Assembly (NCBI GenBank): GCA_001600815.1
Contig: BCKZ01000008.1
Coordinates: 837,885-901,884, forward strand
Length of the DNA: 64,000 bases
DNA from: Alloascoidea hylecoeti
Lineage: Eukaryota
Direction of reading: 5' to 3'
Each line of letters begins with the position of its first letter. Within the stretch, counting starts at the first letter, position 1. The notes under the pieces are model-generated. The model saw only the letters and a program-made list of their open reading frames with translations, was not told the origin of the DNA and searched no databases. Positions 36,576-49,218 of this stretch are shown in pieces. The position numbers and the translations under genes are program-made.

Positions 36576-37019
36576 TAATTTATAATTACAAACTTTGAAT
36601 GATATTAAGTATATTCACACTAACATTTTAATATTAACATTTAAATTGTTGTATTATCATATATAAATTATTCTATATTATAACTATATACTTAATGATT
36701 TTTATTTCTCTTTTTATAATTTTATATTCATATATGCTTACGTTCGTCAATACTCATATAGTACGATATTACAAGTAAATATTAATCGTAATAATTAAAG
36801 TTTATATTATCATGACGATAGATAATTAGTTTGAATTTATAAGAATCCCTCCAATTCAGAATATTTTCATTCGTGATTAGCGTTCGAGCTAGATTTATGT
36901 TCTTCGTCTAATCTTTTATGTTTATAGTCCAAGAAAAATAAAGAAGAATCATTATAATATCATTATTATAAATCTAGTGTATTAATTACAAGATATAAAT
37001 AAATATTGGTTCATAAATA

Positions 37020-38402
37020 TCAACTTTTGTTTAGGTTTTCACTATTCAATCTTTTAAATTTTGTCCATGGAAAGTAATAAAATAATGACCCAGTTAAACA
37101 TATTAGTGTCACAATCACAGTAGCTGCACCAAATATAGCACCTATTACCTTAAATGTAAAAAAATTGGCATGTATACCAANNNNNNNNNNNNNNNNNNNN
37201 NNNNNNNNNNNNNNNNNNNNNNNNNNNNNNNNNNNNNNNNNNNNNNNNNNNNNNNNNNNNNNNNNNNNNNNNNNNNNNNNNNNNNNNNNNNNNNNNNNNN
37301 NNNNNNNNNNNNNNNNNNNNNNNNNNNNNNNNNNNNNNNNNNNNNNNNNNNNNNNNNNNNNNNNNNNNNNNNNNNNNNNNNNNNNNNNNNNNNNNNNNNN
37401 NNNNNNNNNNNNNNNNNNNNNNNNNNNNNNNNNNNNNNNNNNNNNNNNNNNNNNNNNNNNNNNNNNNNNNNNNNNNNNNNNNNNNNNNNNNNNNNNNNNN
37501 NNNNNNNNNNNNNNNNNNNNNNNNNNNNNNNNNNNNNNNNNNNNNNNNNNNNNNNNNNNNNNNNNNNNNNNNNNNNNNNNNNNNNNNNNNNNNNNNNNNN
37601 NNNNNNNNNNNNNNNNNNNNNNNNNNNNNNNNNNNNNNNNNNNNNNNNNNNNNNNNNNNNNNNNNNNNNNNNNNNNNNNNNNNNNNNNNNNNNNNNNNNN
37701 NNNNNNNNNNNNNNNNNNNNNNNNNNNNNNNNNNNNNNNNNNNNNNNNNNNNNNNNNNNNNNNNNNNNNNNNNNNNNNNNNNNNNNNNNNNNNNNNNNNN
37801 NNNNNNNNNNNNNNNNNNNNNNNNNNNNNNNNNNNNNNNNNNNNNNNNNNNNNNNNNNNNNNNNNNNNNNNNNNNNNNNNNNNNNNNNNNNNNNNNNNNN
37901 NNNNNNNNNNNNNNNNNNNNNNNNNNNNNNNNNNNNNNNNNNNNNNNNNNNNNNNNNNNNNNNNNNNNNNNNNNNNNNNNNNNNNNNNNNNNNNNGAAAA
38001 CATCCAAGGAAAACATTTTTTGATGGATCTTTCATTAGTTTTTTGAAGTTATCAGGGAATAATAAATTTTGTGCTATGAATAGGAATGATGTAAGAAGTA
38101 CTAAAAGACATTCTATCGCAAACATTACCAGACCAAGTATTCGTAAGCCATGAGTAGGAAATACAAATTCGTGAAGAATACCTGAGGACATACCGGTTCC
38201 CATAGTCGATGCAAACCAACTGAAAAATACAAATTATGGTTAATCATTACTGTATATAAAAAAAATGCAATTGAAATACTTACAATGGTGTGAAATCTTC
38301 TGTTAGTATAATAAATACTGCCCTCCAATAAGGTATTTTCTTCTCAAGCGTTAAGCCAGAATTTATATGATCATCATTATTATTATTAAGAATCTTTTCC
38401 AT
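37020..38402 (-). CDS. SSU1: SLAC1/TDT-family sulfite efflux pump, copy A (middle lies in the N gap; intron 38220-38283; N-terminus shortened or disrupted)
   Basis: Near-identical to 39515-40828 on both sides of the gap; same intron position; first in-frame ATG at 38402. Confidence 0.7.
37181..37995. other. Assembly gap (815 N) inside SSU1 copy A
   Basis: N run; the equivalent stretch in copy B is about 666 nt. Confidence 1.
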
Positions 38403-39514
38403 GTCTCTGAATATTAAATACTTATTGTAGAATCAGAACTTGAAATTTGTTGTCCATGGTACACGTTTAAAAAATTTCCCATAGTTAACAACAGACAATT
38501 TTTCATGTGGTATGGCGAATCCTGGAAAAACTACTTCTCGTCCAAAGATTTTATTTAGTAAGGAAAAACCCAAACATCCGCACGCATTTTCATTTTCTCA
38601 TCTGAAACTTTAGTACGGGAACATCAAATCCGTAACTTTTAAGATTCTCTTTAAATTTGTCATTGCCAACTGAGCCGAGACTTAGTATAGCTAAGTTGAC
38701 ACTATAGGATGATCAACGCGTAAAATTCCCAATTAGGTCACTTTTTTAAAATACATTTGAGATTTTTGGAACCCTTGCTGCACCTATTCTTATAGATAAC
38801 TTCCCTTTTAGAATTAATTATGAATATGCCACCACATAGTAAGGTAGCAAATTCATCTTTTTCCACAGTAATTTCTCAATAATTACTCATTTAGAATTTA
38901 TACATACTGGATATACCATATGTGTACTTTCTATAATTACTTCCACTCTTAAGCTTGCCAAGTCTCATGTAAGTGACCAGTGCAGTCTTTATGCATATGT
39001 ATAGTGTCCTTGAATACTCTCTAGACCTTAATAAACCGCTATATCTTTACCTCGGCATTGAGCTAAAAAATATAGACTTATAGCCCTGAAGTAACAAAGA
39101 GATGGAAGTATTTGCTATACCTAAAAAAACTTATCACTGACAAATATTTTCCACTATATAGGCCTACATGTAGTTTGGTATTAATATAACCATCTCTGCA
39201 ATTAGGATATTTTCATTCATGATCATAACTAGTCCTCCAGATTTATATTCCTCGTCTAGTCTTTAAAGTTTTGTTCAAGGAAAGTAAATTAAAAAAGAAT
39301 CAATTAAGCAAGAAAAAGAGCATGGTATACTACTACAAAGTTTATACTCAAGCTCATGTGAAAATTAATTGCAATATTAATTGCACAAATTAATTAACTA
39401 CATAGATTTACACATATTAATAAAGATTATCTCACTCCACTTCATTATTCTATCACTGCTATCAATCTAGTGTATTAATTACAAGATATAAATAAATATA
39501 TTGGTTTATAAATA

Positions 39515-40828
39515 TCAACTTTTGTTTAGGTTTTCACTATTCAATCTTTTAAATTTTGTCCATGGGAAGTCATAAAATAGTGACCCAGTTAAACATATTA
39601 GTGTCACAATCACAGTAGCTGCACCAAATATAGCACCTATTACCTTAAATGTAAAAAAATTGGCATGTATACCAATATTTGAAGCTGCAAGAGACATTGT
39701 GCCGGTAGGGAAAGTCATTGCCCACCATGTTTTACTAAATTGCTTCTGGCGATTTACAATTGATGATAATATAGCAATAGTCATCCAAAATAATCCATAT
39801 CCAAATAAAAATAGTGCAACTATCCATGACATGGATAATGAAATGTCCGAGTAAACAATTGATAAATTTGTTTCGTTTAAAATATAATTTGATGCATTTT
39901 TACCCATTAATAATATTGAAAATGCTCCTTGACCCAATGGACCTATTGGTAAAAAAGTTGTAAATATTCCCTCAGGGTTGGGTAAACCATAAACAAATAA
40001 CTTCCAAATATTAACAACGGTAATAGAAAATGCAAGAGCTTCACCATTAGCCCATAATAAAAAGCAAATGCACATAACTGGCAACTTTAAATTATTAGGA
40101 AGATATGGCGTTATAATAGAACCAGTAGCTGAACAAATAACAAATGTAACAACAGGTAATAATAAAGCAGTTCCTATTTGATCTGGTTTGACATTACCAT
40201 ATTTAAAAATACAAAATGTTGTTATCCAACAACAAAATAAACTTATAAAAACATTAAGAACCCAAAACACAAATAATAAGATTGGTGCTTTATCCTTTGA
40301 TAGAAAACAAATCATATTTAAGCATGATGCTGTACCCATTGGAAAACATCCAAGGAAAACATTTTTTGATGGATCTTTCATTAGTTTTTTGAAGTTATCA
40401 GGGAATAATAAATTTTGTGCTATGAATAGGAATGATATAAGAAGTATTAAAAGACATTCTATCGCAAACATTACCAGACCAAGTATTCGTAAGCCATGAG
40501 TAGGAAATACAAATTCGTGAAGAATACCCGAGGATATTCCGGTTCCCATTGTAGACGCAAACCAACTGATGAATATGATTTATGGTTAATTATAGCTTAT
40601 ATATAGCATCAAGTGCAATTGAAATACTTACAATGGTGTGAAATCTTCTGTTAGCACAACAAGTACTGCTCTCCAATAAGGCATTTTCTTCTCAAGCGCT
40701 AAGCCAGAATTTATATGATCATCATTATTATTATTAAGAATCTTTTCCATGTCTGAATCATTTATTGTAGAATCAGAACTTTGTTGTTCAGGATCTATGT
40801 AACTTTTATTTTCTTTTGTCTGATCCAT
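39515..40828 (-). CDS. SSU1: SLAC1/TDT-family sulfite efflux pump, copy B; intron 40566-40631
   Basis: GTAAGT..ATTAAC..CAG splicing gives DFTPFWFASTMGTGISSGIL; FLPIGPLGQG and WWAMTFPTG motifs. Confidence 0.85.
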
Positions 40829-40852
40829 TTCCCCATATAATTCATAAAATGT

Positions 40853-40904
40853 GTCACGTGTTTAAATGTGGCGCTTTTCTTGAGGTGGCTGGAAATAATG
40901 TGGC
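40853..40904. promoter_or_regulatory. GTCACGTG (Cbf1-like) plus two AATGTGGC (Met31/32-like) motifs upstream of SSU1 copy B
   Basis: Consensus matches at 40853-40860, 40864-40872, 40897-40904. Confidence 0.5.
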
Positions 40905-41056
40905 TTTACTTGCCTTTTTATATTACGAAATATTAACACTAGCCACCGAATCGGGGAGTTAAAGTTTTTTTTTCCTGTAAATTATGTGCCGCCTACAGTG
41001 GACCGTGGCTGATGCTTAAACCTTATATAACACTATATCGCGGCTCTGGTGTCTGT

Positions 41057-42718
41057 TTATTTTTTAAATTTTTTCAGTTCAACAAGTCTCATGAATGGAT
41101 AGCTGAGGCCACTGAAAGCAAAACACAAGAATATTCCTAAATCGCATCCATAATCTCCAATTTGACGAGCGATTACTCCAACATAATATACTTGACACAT
41201 ACCAAGAATTGCTCCAACGGCTCCTACAATAAACGCCATCGTTGCAGCATAACCATGTGTTAGATCAACCCTGTTATTCCATATTACCCAATCATAGGTT
41301 TCGTCCTCTATGTACTCATCTGAGTCATCTTTCAAAATTGGAAAAAAATGTTTGTTTCTAAAAATAAAATTCTCCTCCAAAAGAATGGCAATATATATTG
41401 ATACCCAGTATCCTAACATTGGGACAAAATTCCCTATTATTGTGGATAAATGACTCTTCCCAACAAGAGAAATAACTAAATAAATCATCGAAATGAGAAA
41501 AGACCACACAATACGAGGCACTTTATCAAACAAATGGCTGAAAACTTGAAATATGAAGGCAACTGAATATGACATGGTTGCTGTATTTGCAACTAATGAG
41601 AGATATAAAATAACAAGCAGAAATTTACCCCCACCTGCCCATGGCTTAAAGGCGCTGCTTAAAATACCACCAAGTCCATATTCTTCATAACTTGAATACC
41701 ATTCTTCACTCGAATTTGTATAATTTCCAAGGTATACACCAATGACAGCTACAAATATTGTAGGGAGTAAAATCCCTAAAAATGTTATAATGAATATTTT
41801 CATTCTATTGGTTTGGGCAGACATGAGAATATAATAATCACTTGCACAACTTCCCCAAGTTGCTGTAACACTATAAGATAAACAAAAGAAACTTACCCAA
41901 TTCCCAGCAACAGTAAGATAAGTCTCAGATGGAGGACGGTAGTTAATTGCCAGATTACTTGTAATCGAACTTCCCGGACATACATATAGCAACATAATTG
42001 ATACTAAAATTGGAATAGATAACCATGCTTCAAATTGAATTAACTGATTGATGCCAAAAATCGCAATGATTAATGAGATAATACAAACCAAAAAGATGCC
42101 AATTTCAATCGATACTTTCCCTTCAGAAATTGCAGATAATATTTGGCCCCCAAGTACACAACTAACCACAGACCATCCAAGATTTCCAATACCGCTTATT
42201 AAAGCAATGAATTTATTAAACCACCAACCGAAAAGAAATCTTGAAATTGTTAATTGCCTTAGACCAGACCTTGGGCCCATCGTTGCAGTATAAGCAGGAA
42301 TAAATGTCCCTAAAGTACATCCCAATATTCCGGCAATCAATGAATTTTTCAAAGATAATCCGTAAACAATAGGTCCCAAAAAGAATGAAGACATTGAAGT
42401 TAAACCTCCTGAAGCACTAACCCATATTGCTAAAACTTGGAGAAATGGTCTCAGTGTACCCCTTATTCTTTCATGATTGGGATATCTATCAATACCATAC
42501 TCTTCTACTCCAAACTTTTCATATAAAATCTTTAGTATATTGCTTTTCCATCTCTTAGGGGAAGAGGGCAAACTTTGACATCCTATTTCGTTTGTTTTCT
42601 TACCAGATTCTAATTCAATTGGCAAAATCTCTATATTATTAATTGTTGAAGTCACTACCTTTTCATGGTCAACTATAGAGGTAGTTTCAAAGAAACGAGA
42701 ATTTCTCATAGAAGCCAT
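41057..42718 (-). CDS. TPN1: NCS1 purine-cytosine permease family, vitamin B6 transporter-like
   Basis: WVSASGGLTSMSSFFLGP, GPRSGLRQ..SRFLFGW, ASDYY; first ATG at 42718. Confidence 0.85.
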   Translation of the reverse strand: MASMRNSRFFETTSIVDHEKVVTSTINNIEILPIELESGKKTNEIGCQSLPSSPKRWKSNILKILYEKFGVEEYGIDRYPNHERIRGTLRPFLQVLAIWVSASGGLTSMSSFFLGPIVYGLSLKNSLIAGILGCTLGTFIPAYTATMGPRSGLRQLTISRFLFGWWFNKFIALISGIGNLGWSVVSCVLGGQILSAISEGKVSIEIGIFLVCIISLIIAIFGINQLIQFEAWLSIPILVSIMLLYVCPGSSITSNLAINYRPPSETYLTVAGNWVSFFCLSYSVTATWGSCASDYYILMSAQTNRMKIFIITFLGILLPTIFVAVIGVYLGNYTNSSEEWYSSYEEYGLGGILSSAFKPWAGGGKFLLVILYLSLVANTATMSYSVAFIFQVFSHLFDKVPRIVWSFLISMIYLVISLVGKSHLSTIIGNFVPMLGYWVSIYIAILLEENFIFRNKHFFPILKDDSDEYIEDETYDWVIWNNRVDLTHGYAATMAFIVGAVGAILGMCQVYYVGVIARQIGDYGCDLGIFLCFAFSGLSYPFMRLVELKKFKK

Positions 42719-43790
42719 GATCACTATATTAGAATTTATGCTCACTTAAAAGATACCTAAGCTTGTTTTGTTTAAATTAGCAATGTCGATGATGTAAGTT
42801 AAATTTCGAATATCGAATATAGTGGTAATAAATCAAAACTTTTTCCTGTATAAATAAATATATATATTTTTAAGGCTATGGCTGCAAGTAATCTTCTTGT
42901 TTCTTTCTCCTATTTATATTAAGTTAATAAATACTAGAGAATCGGAAGGGCGTCCGAGTCATCACATGATTGACTCTATCCATTTTAGGAAATTATTCTA
43001 CAACTTATGACTCAACATTCAATTATTTGGGCGATCAAATTAAAGTTAACCCATATTAAATCTCATACAAATTGATTGAACACCCTTATTAGGCTATCTA
43101 TGCCATAATTAATATTACTAAAAAAGAGCTTGGCTAGCTTTTAAGTTTCTGAACATCAATAATTAATAAATGTTGTAGTTAGAAATTAGAATATAGAGAA
43201 TCGGAGATCTATCCTGTTTAGGAATTGATTCTATGTATGACTCAACACTTGAGCTATATGTGAACAACACAATTTTAATGCTTCTTGATATTGAAATGTT
43301 CTCTTGAGCTGAGCTCTAGTCTGCTGGTGTAACAGTGGTGTTTTCATCACCGTATGAGTAGTACCAGCCACCATCAGACTATAAAATGTTATTAGTTACA
43401 CCTAACCACGCCATAATTGAAAAATCTGCATCCACTAAAACAATTTCACCTTAAGATACAAGAAACATAAGCGCTTAGCTTAAACGGAGAATAATGGTAA
43501 ATAACACTATAAATTAAAATTTTATAATTAATTAATACTATAAATTAAAGCTATAAGTTATAAATATCATGAGAGCTGAAGCAAAATTTAAACAAATAGA
43601 CCAAAAATCCTAAATCTAAAAAGTCCAACCCTTATCAGCCATAAGTTGCAATACATTCGAAATAAATAATAATATAAATAAATAAACAAAAAATGTAACA
43701 TAAAATACAGCAAAACATATGCAAATTAAAGCTTAAACATAAAATATACCATATAAATTAACCTTCGACAAAAACAAAATATTTACAAAA

Positions 43791-46118
43791 TCAACTCATG
43801 CTTGAGTTTTGTTCAAGCCAATTTATCCCTTGAATTAACGTATCTAAGGGTTTCGCACCAGAATTTTTATTCTTCTGGTTCAATTTATTTAGTGATAAGC
43901 TATTTGTTCGACTATAAGGCGGAGACAAATAACCAGAAGGAGGACTTGGATAACTAGGCCTTAAATTATATTTATTTAGTTCAGTAATAGAGTTTGAGCC
44001 ATTAGATTTATTCAATGGAAGTTTGTGAGGTAGTTGGTTATCATCATTGTAACTTAAATCAATTTTATTCATCATCCTTAGTTCGTTAATATGAGGTAAA
44101 GAAATCCCGAGACCCCTTGCTTTTTTAGATATTGGCTCTATAGATTGTGCGCGTGCACGAGGTAATATAGGACATAAATCTCCACTAGATGTTTCAAATG
44201 GTAAAGGGAATGGGCTCTTTAAGAAATAATTTGACTTTGCTTCATCGTCCATATCTTTTTCCTTGACTAAGTCTTCAAACGTAGCGAAACTCAAATTCTG
44301 ACTATTATCATCAGGATTACCACTACTCTTAGGAGTATTTGGAAGACTACTCAGATTCTTTGATTGTTGTAGACACCAAAACAATTCATAAGTTAAACAT
44401 GCTGACAAATGACCACTTATATGAGAACAGATTTTATCACTCACAATAACCTCAGGATTCAATGTTATGACAATGTTTAACTTTTCTAAAATATTAATAG
44501 TTCTAGTGATATCAGTAACAGAAGAATAGGTTGCAGTATGCTTATAAAGTTTGTATATTTTGATGATCGCAGCTCTAGCATCAGGAACATATTTAAAAGG
44601 TAACATGGATGATAAGTGAAGTTTAAATAACAGAAGACTAGAATAGTTTAAAGCATTTCTAATGAATATAGGTAATCGATGTAATTTTTGTTTACAGGAG
44701 TCTGCCAGTTTTGATATTTCAGCACCAGAATGAAGAGCAATTTGTACAAATAATGATTGATCATCAAAGTCAACATCCAGTAAAAACCCATAAGAACATA
44801 AAATCAACTTAGAATAATGATATAAAATAGAAACAGTTTTATCTGCAAGATCTTCTTCTGTCAACATATTTGAAAGTTGAGAATTTAAATTCATCAATTG
44901 ACTAACTCTATCTTTTGTTTTCACTAAACCCGTAATATTCACAGTAGATGTAGCAACAGTTTGAACCAATTTAGAATTGAAATGAGCAATCTTAAGCATG
45001 TTTTTCCAAAATTTCTCTGCTGAATTAGAAGGAATGTCACTAAGAGATTGTTCAATAAAATAATCAGTTGGAAGAGCAGAAGGATAACCAAGAGTAGCAC
45101 ACCAAAATTGATCAACAATATAAATTCCATTCCACAGTTGATTGATAAGATTAGCACCATTTGGAATAAGAGCCTTCTCAGCGCCTAAGGCACAAGAAGC
45201 ATAATTCTGCCCTCTGTTTAGACCAATTTGATAACCCAACGTTTTAGCCAAAGTTACAAACCGATACGATTTATCATTGTTCAAATTTGGTAAAGGCCAA
45301 ACAGAGAGTATAAGCAAGGCATAAATGTCGTAAGTTGGTGTTTTTGATGTACTGAGTAGACAGCACCTGGTAATGAGCGGTGTAATGTTTGTGTGTATTT
45401 GATTGTATAAGGAATCGGGTTTATCATTATCATCTAGTTTTTCATTTGATAAGCATGCTGTTAAGCACATTGACCAGAATAATAGAGGAGATTTACTATG
45501 TATTTCAATAGCATCATTTTCAATCCGAATAGGTAAGTAAGGTGCATAATCTTCAAAAAACTTGCATATTAACTTGTTACCTTGTTCCTTGTTTAATGTC
45601 ACTCTGTTTAATGAATAGTAAGCTCCATCTGAAATAATTTCTCCGGCATTGTCTACAGAACTTGATCTGGAATTCGAAGGTGATGGGAAGGCTGATGAAA
45701 TTTTATTAGCTAGCTCATCCTTCGAAAGCAGGGATTCAGTTCTAAGCAGATGCTTAATGTCGCTTTTTAAAGTTTCAATTTCAGTCCTTAGATTTTCCAA
45801 CTGATTTGCTTTGTGTTTGGCTGTGTTGTGACTGTTTTGACTAGGACTAACATTATGAATTGGCTTAAATAGTGGATCTATTTCACACACTTTACCTTTC
45901 TTAACACAATTTGAGCACGGGTTTGGAAAAACTGAAGATGCATTGCATTTTATTTTCAATTGTCGACAGCATGTACAGGATTTGACTGTTTTGCATTTTC
46001 TTGTCTGCGAACTATCGCTTCCTACTGATGATGATCTCTTTTCAATATGAGATGATAGAGGTTTGCAAGGCGCAATTGTCACTGGGATCTGCCTTCGTGT
46101 ATCAAAAACCTGTGACAT
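43791..46118 (-). CDS. SEF1: Zn(II)2Cys6 transcription factor, Sef1/Leu3 type
   Basis: SCTCCRQLKIKCNASSVFPNPCSNC.KKGK.CEIDPLFKP; SPLLFWS.CLTACLS middle region. Divergent, may be a paralogue. Confidence 0.75.
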   Translation of the reverse strand: MSQVFDTRRQIPVTIAPCKPLSSHIEKRSSSVGSDSSQTRKCKTVKSCTCCRQLKIKCNASSVFPNPCSNCVKKGKVCEIDPLFKPIHNVSPSQNSHNTAKHKANQLENLRTEIETLKSDIKHLLRTESLLSKDELANKISSAFPSPSNSRSSSVDNAGEIISDGAYYSLNRVTLNKEQGNKLICKFFEDYAPYLPIRIENDAIEIHSKSPLLFWSMCLTACLSNEKLDDNDKPDSLYNQIHTNITPLITRCCLLSTSKTPTYDIYALLILSVWPLPNLNNDKSYRFVTLAKTLGYQIGLNRGQNYASCALGAEKALIPNGANLINQLWNGIYIVDQFWCATLGYPSALPTDYFIEQSLSDIPSNSAEKFWKNMLKIAHFNSKLVQTVATSTVNITGLVKTKDRVSQLMNLNSQLSNMLTEEDLADKTVSILYHYSKLILCSYGFLLDVDFDDQSLFVQIALHSGAEISKLADSCKQKLHRLPIFIRNALNYSSLLLFKLHLSSMLPFKYVPDARAAIIKIYKLYKHTATYSSVTDITRTINILEKLNIVITLNPEVIVSDKICSHISGHLSACLTYELFWCLQQSKNLSSLPNTPKSSGNPDDNSQNLSFATFEDLVKEKDMDDEAKSNYFLKSPFPLPFETSSGDLCPILPRARAQSIEPISKKARGLGISLPHINELRMMNKIDLSYNDDNQLPHKLPLNKSNGSNSITELNKYNLRPSYPSPPSGYLSPPYSRTNSLSLNKLNQKNKNSGAKPLDTLIQGINWLEQNSSMS

Positions 46119-49100
46119 TGCTTATCTATAAAACGGCAAAATATTGATATGTATAAATAATAATCAGATAATATACAAAACGTGATCAAGAAGTGAATAA
46201 TAAAAAAAGTAAAAACCAAATACGATGAGAAAGAAAATTCGGAAATTGAATTAGTATTTATATATGTCAACAAGGTTTCATGATCAATATGATACTAATA
46301 CGTAGGTCCGAATAAAGGAATTATAATGATAATAATTATCTCCAGTGCATAATGGCATGATTGGTAACTAATTATTAATTCTCATATGCATATGATTTTG
46401 CGGATTTCTTGAAGGATTTCAATTACAATAAATACTGAACACTTCTAAATTCCTAATTAATGTTAGTTTTAGCTTGTGATCATACCATATCCGAAAAGGT
46501 AACTATTATAATTGACGTGGTGTTATTTCAACTGCCAACCTATCACAACTGAATATGCAATGATGTGACGAAGGCCGAAGTGATACAGAGTGGTATGGTG
46601 CCTGCTGGGAGTCGAAAAGTTTCCAGAAGCCTTAAATCAATTTCCAGACGACTTCCTTTTCCAGTAAGCTACATTAGTTTCAAACCCTTCTAGAAGGTCT
46701 TTTACCCGTTTTATTTAACCTTCTATAAGCTCTGTTCTTTCATTTTCTAAAGTTCCATGTTTTCAACTTCGATGGTGTGCTTATATTTTATATATAACTG
46801 CGGCACAGTCAAGTCTCCTTACTTTTTGTTTTATCTCTCTCTATTTGCTGATGTCATAAATCCAACTTTTGTTGTAAATCAGATAACCCTACGTTTTTAT
46901 ACAAGGGTGGATGAAGATCTTATAATTACATCAAGTTTCTCGACCAACTTCCTTAATTATAAAGAATAAAACTAAACACTAGTACTACTGAGATATTGAG
47001 ATTTTCTGGCGCACACTAGCTGTAAATTATTTATAATAATAATTAAATATCTTACAAACGTATAATAAGCATTCAACTGTTCTGCAGATCCATGACCTTA
47101 GACAATACACAACCAAACCATTCCCACTAATCAATGATGCAGCATATCTATATATAGGTCTATGTGGCTTGTGATGAATGGATAATTTATAGATTTTAGA
47201 TATTTCCAGTATTATATCTGGAGATTTGCCTAGCTATAGTGTAAGCAAATTCCACAAGAATCGGCTCAAAAACGAAAATAGGGCCCGGAGTATTATCATA
47301 CGATCCCCAGTTTCGAATCTTATTCAAAGATGATGATAGCTTCTACTGTATCTGATGTAACCGTGGTATCATTAATGCTCTAACTTTGAATATAGATAAT
47401 ATTTCTCCTACAAATGAGCTTATTTATATCCAACTATCCATACGGACTATACCGGTACCTATAGCTAGCATCAATTCAATTAGTCGTATGGTACACAATT
47501 GCATTACCAGACACAGTGTCAAGATAGTCAGTTAAGTTAGATATAGTCCTCACCTGGCTCACCAGTAGGTAATAGGTGTAGATATATAATTTGATTCACC
47601 AATAATGATTTGTGACTTTTATCTACTTTAAAGGTCGGAGAATGCATTGTTCTGGTTTTAAACTTTCTAGAACATTTTGAAGGAATATTATCTTAAGTCT
47701 TGTTTCTCCGATCGCGATTCCACGGAGTGGTTACTAATCGTATATATAAAAATCATATGTCTATGATTAATTATAATAATAATCCAATATTCATTTCATC
47801 TAATAGCTAGGGCTTTAGGAAATCTTACAACCTCAAAATTTGCCCACCGCCGGTGCACCTTTATACTTATAATGATTAACTCAGTAATAGTAAACTAAGT
47901 TCGAAAAACTTTGGCCATATATATTCTAATTTATTCATATATGGATGTTTATATTTAATGTTATGGCTGTAGCTATATGTTTAGATTAGTTAGACAGAAA
48001 ACGATACATCCGAGAATGCATATATATCGATATCAATATCTAGATCTCATGATCAATAATAGTTCTTATAACGCGTATAGTTTCACCATGAACATTATTA
48101 CCCAATTTTCTATAGCCTTAATTTTTCTATAAATATATATCCTAGTTAAATATTTGATTTTTGTTGGGAATAAAACATCAACTATTCATATATATATATA
48201 TGTGAGTCTATCTGTATTATTTACTCTGTAGCAACTTATAAGAGTATACTAGAGCTTTGAATTGAAAATTGAAATCATAAATTAATAAATCTTAGAATCT
48301 CTTAGTGATTTATTTATTTTATGAGATTTCTTTAACTTAAATGGAGTTTAAAGTTAGGTCAAATAATATACGCATATGAATATTTCAATTAGTTTATTGT
48401 GTGATGTTTTTATAAACGTAATGATCACATAATTATTTGTAAATTATAATGCTCAATATTTGCTCGTCGTCCGATTCCTTATTCCGCCTCCTATTAGACA
48501 AGAAAATAAAACCATACGATTTTTAAAATCGATTAAAAATATTGAAATATTGTTTGGGCAGAAAAATACGGCCGCGGTCATTTAATTATTAGGTATTAGG
48601 CCAAATTTTAGTGAGAATATTTAAATGTAGAGTTCCGAAGTTGATGAATTACAGAGAAAACAAATCTAGATACCGATATAAAAAATATCTTATATCATAG
48701 CTAGTTATATTAATTATTTTCTTACTGATGATTTGTATGATGATTTGTAACTTTTATATCCGATACAAGCGTATACAATAGGTTCGAAGTTCAAACACAC
48801 TTATAGAATTATAACCTTTAGATCTAGATGCTGATTTATATAGCTTATCAATAAATCTTGATATATGTATTATGTAGTATACGTTTTACATGGATGATTT
48901 TAAATAAAATTAGAAAATAGTGTACCATTAATGATAAAAAATTTGGTATGTAGTATCAGTTAAGATTGGAGCAAATAAAACAAGACAAAAGAAAAAAAAA
49001 TAACTAATTAGGAATAACTGAGCCAATGAATCCAATGAATATGATATAAATATTAATATGAGTTCTATAAATGTAATTATGAGAAGCACCGTGCTATGCC

Positions 49101-49218
49101 GAGTGTGAGAATTGAAACCGAAAACAAATGTTACTAATGCTTATAGTTAAACCAAAAGCCAATGGAATTTCAAACAAGCTTAGTTTAATTTTTTTTTTAA
49201 ATTCAAATTAAACAAAAA

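Noticed and set aside
37145..38153. Several long X-filled ORFs
   Set aside because: Artefacts of the N run
42961..43100. ATCACATGAT as CDEI of a point centromere
   Set aside because: Not followed by a >90% AT CDEII and CDEIII core
43324..43373. tRNA-like ends (GCTGGTGT...ACCAGCCACCA)
   Set aside because: Too short, no T-loop GTTCRA, no cloverleaf; kept only as a hairpin
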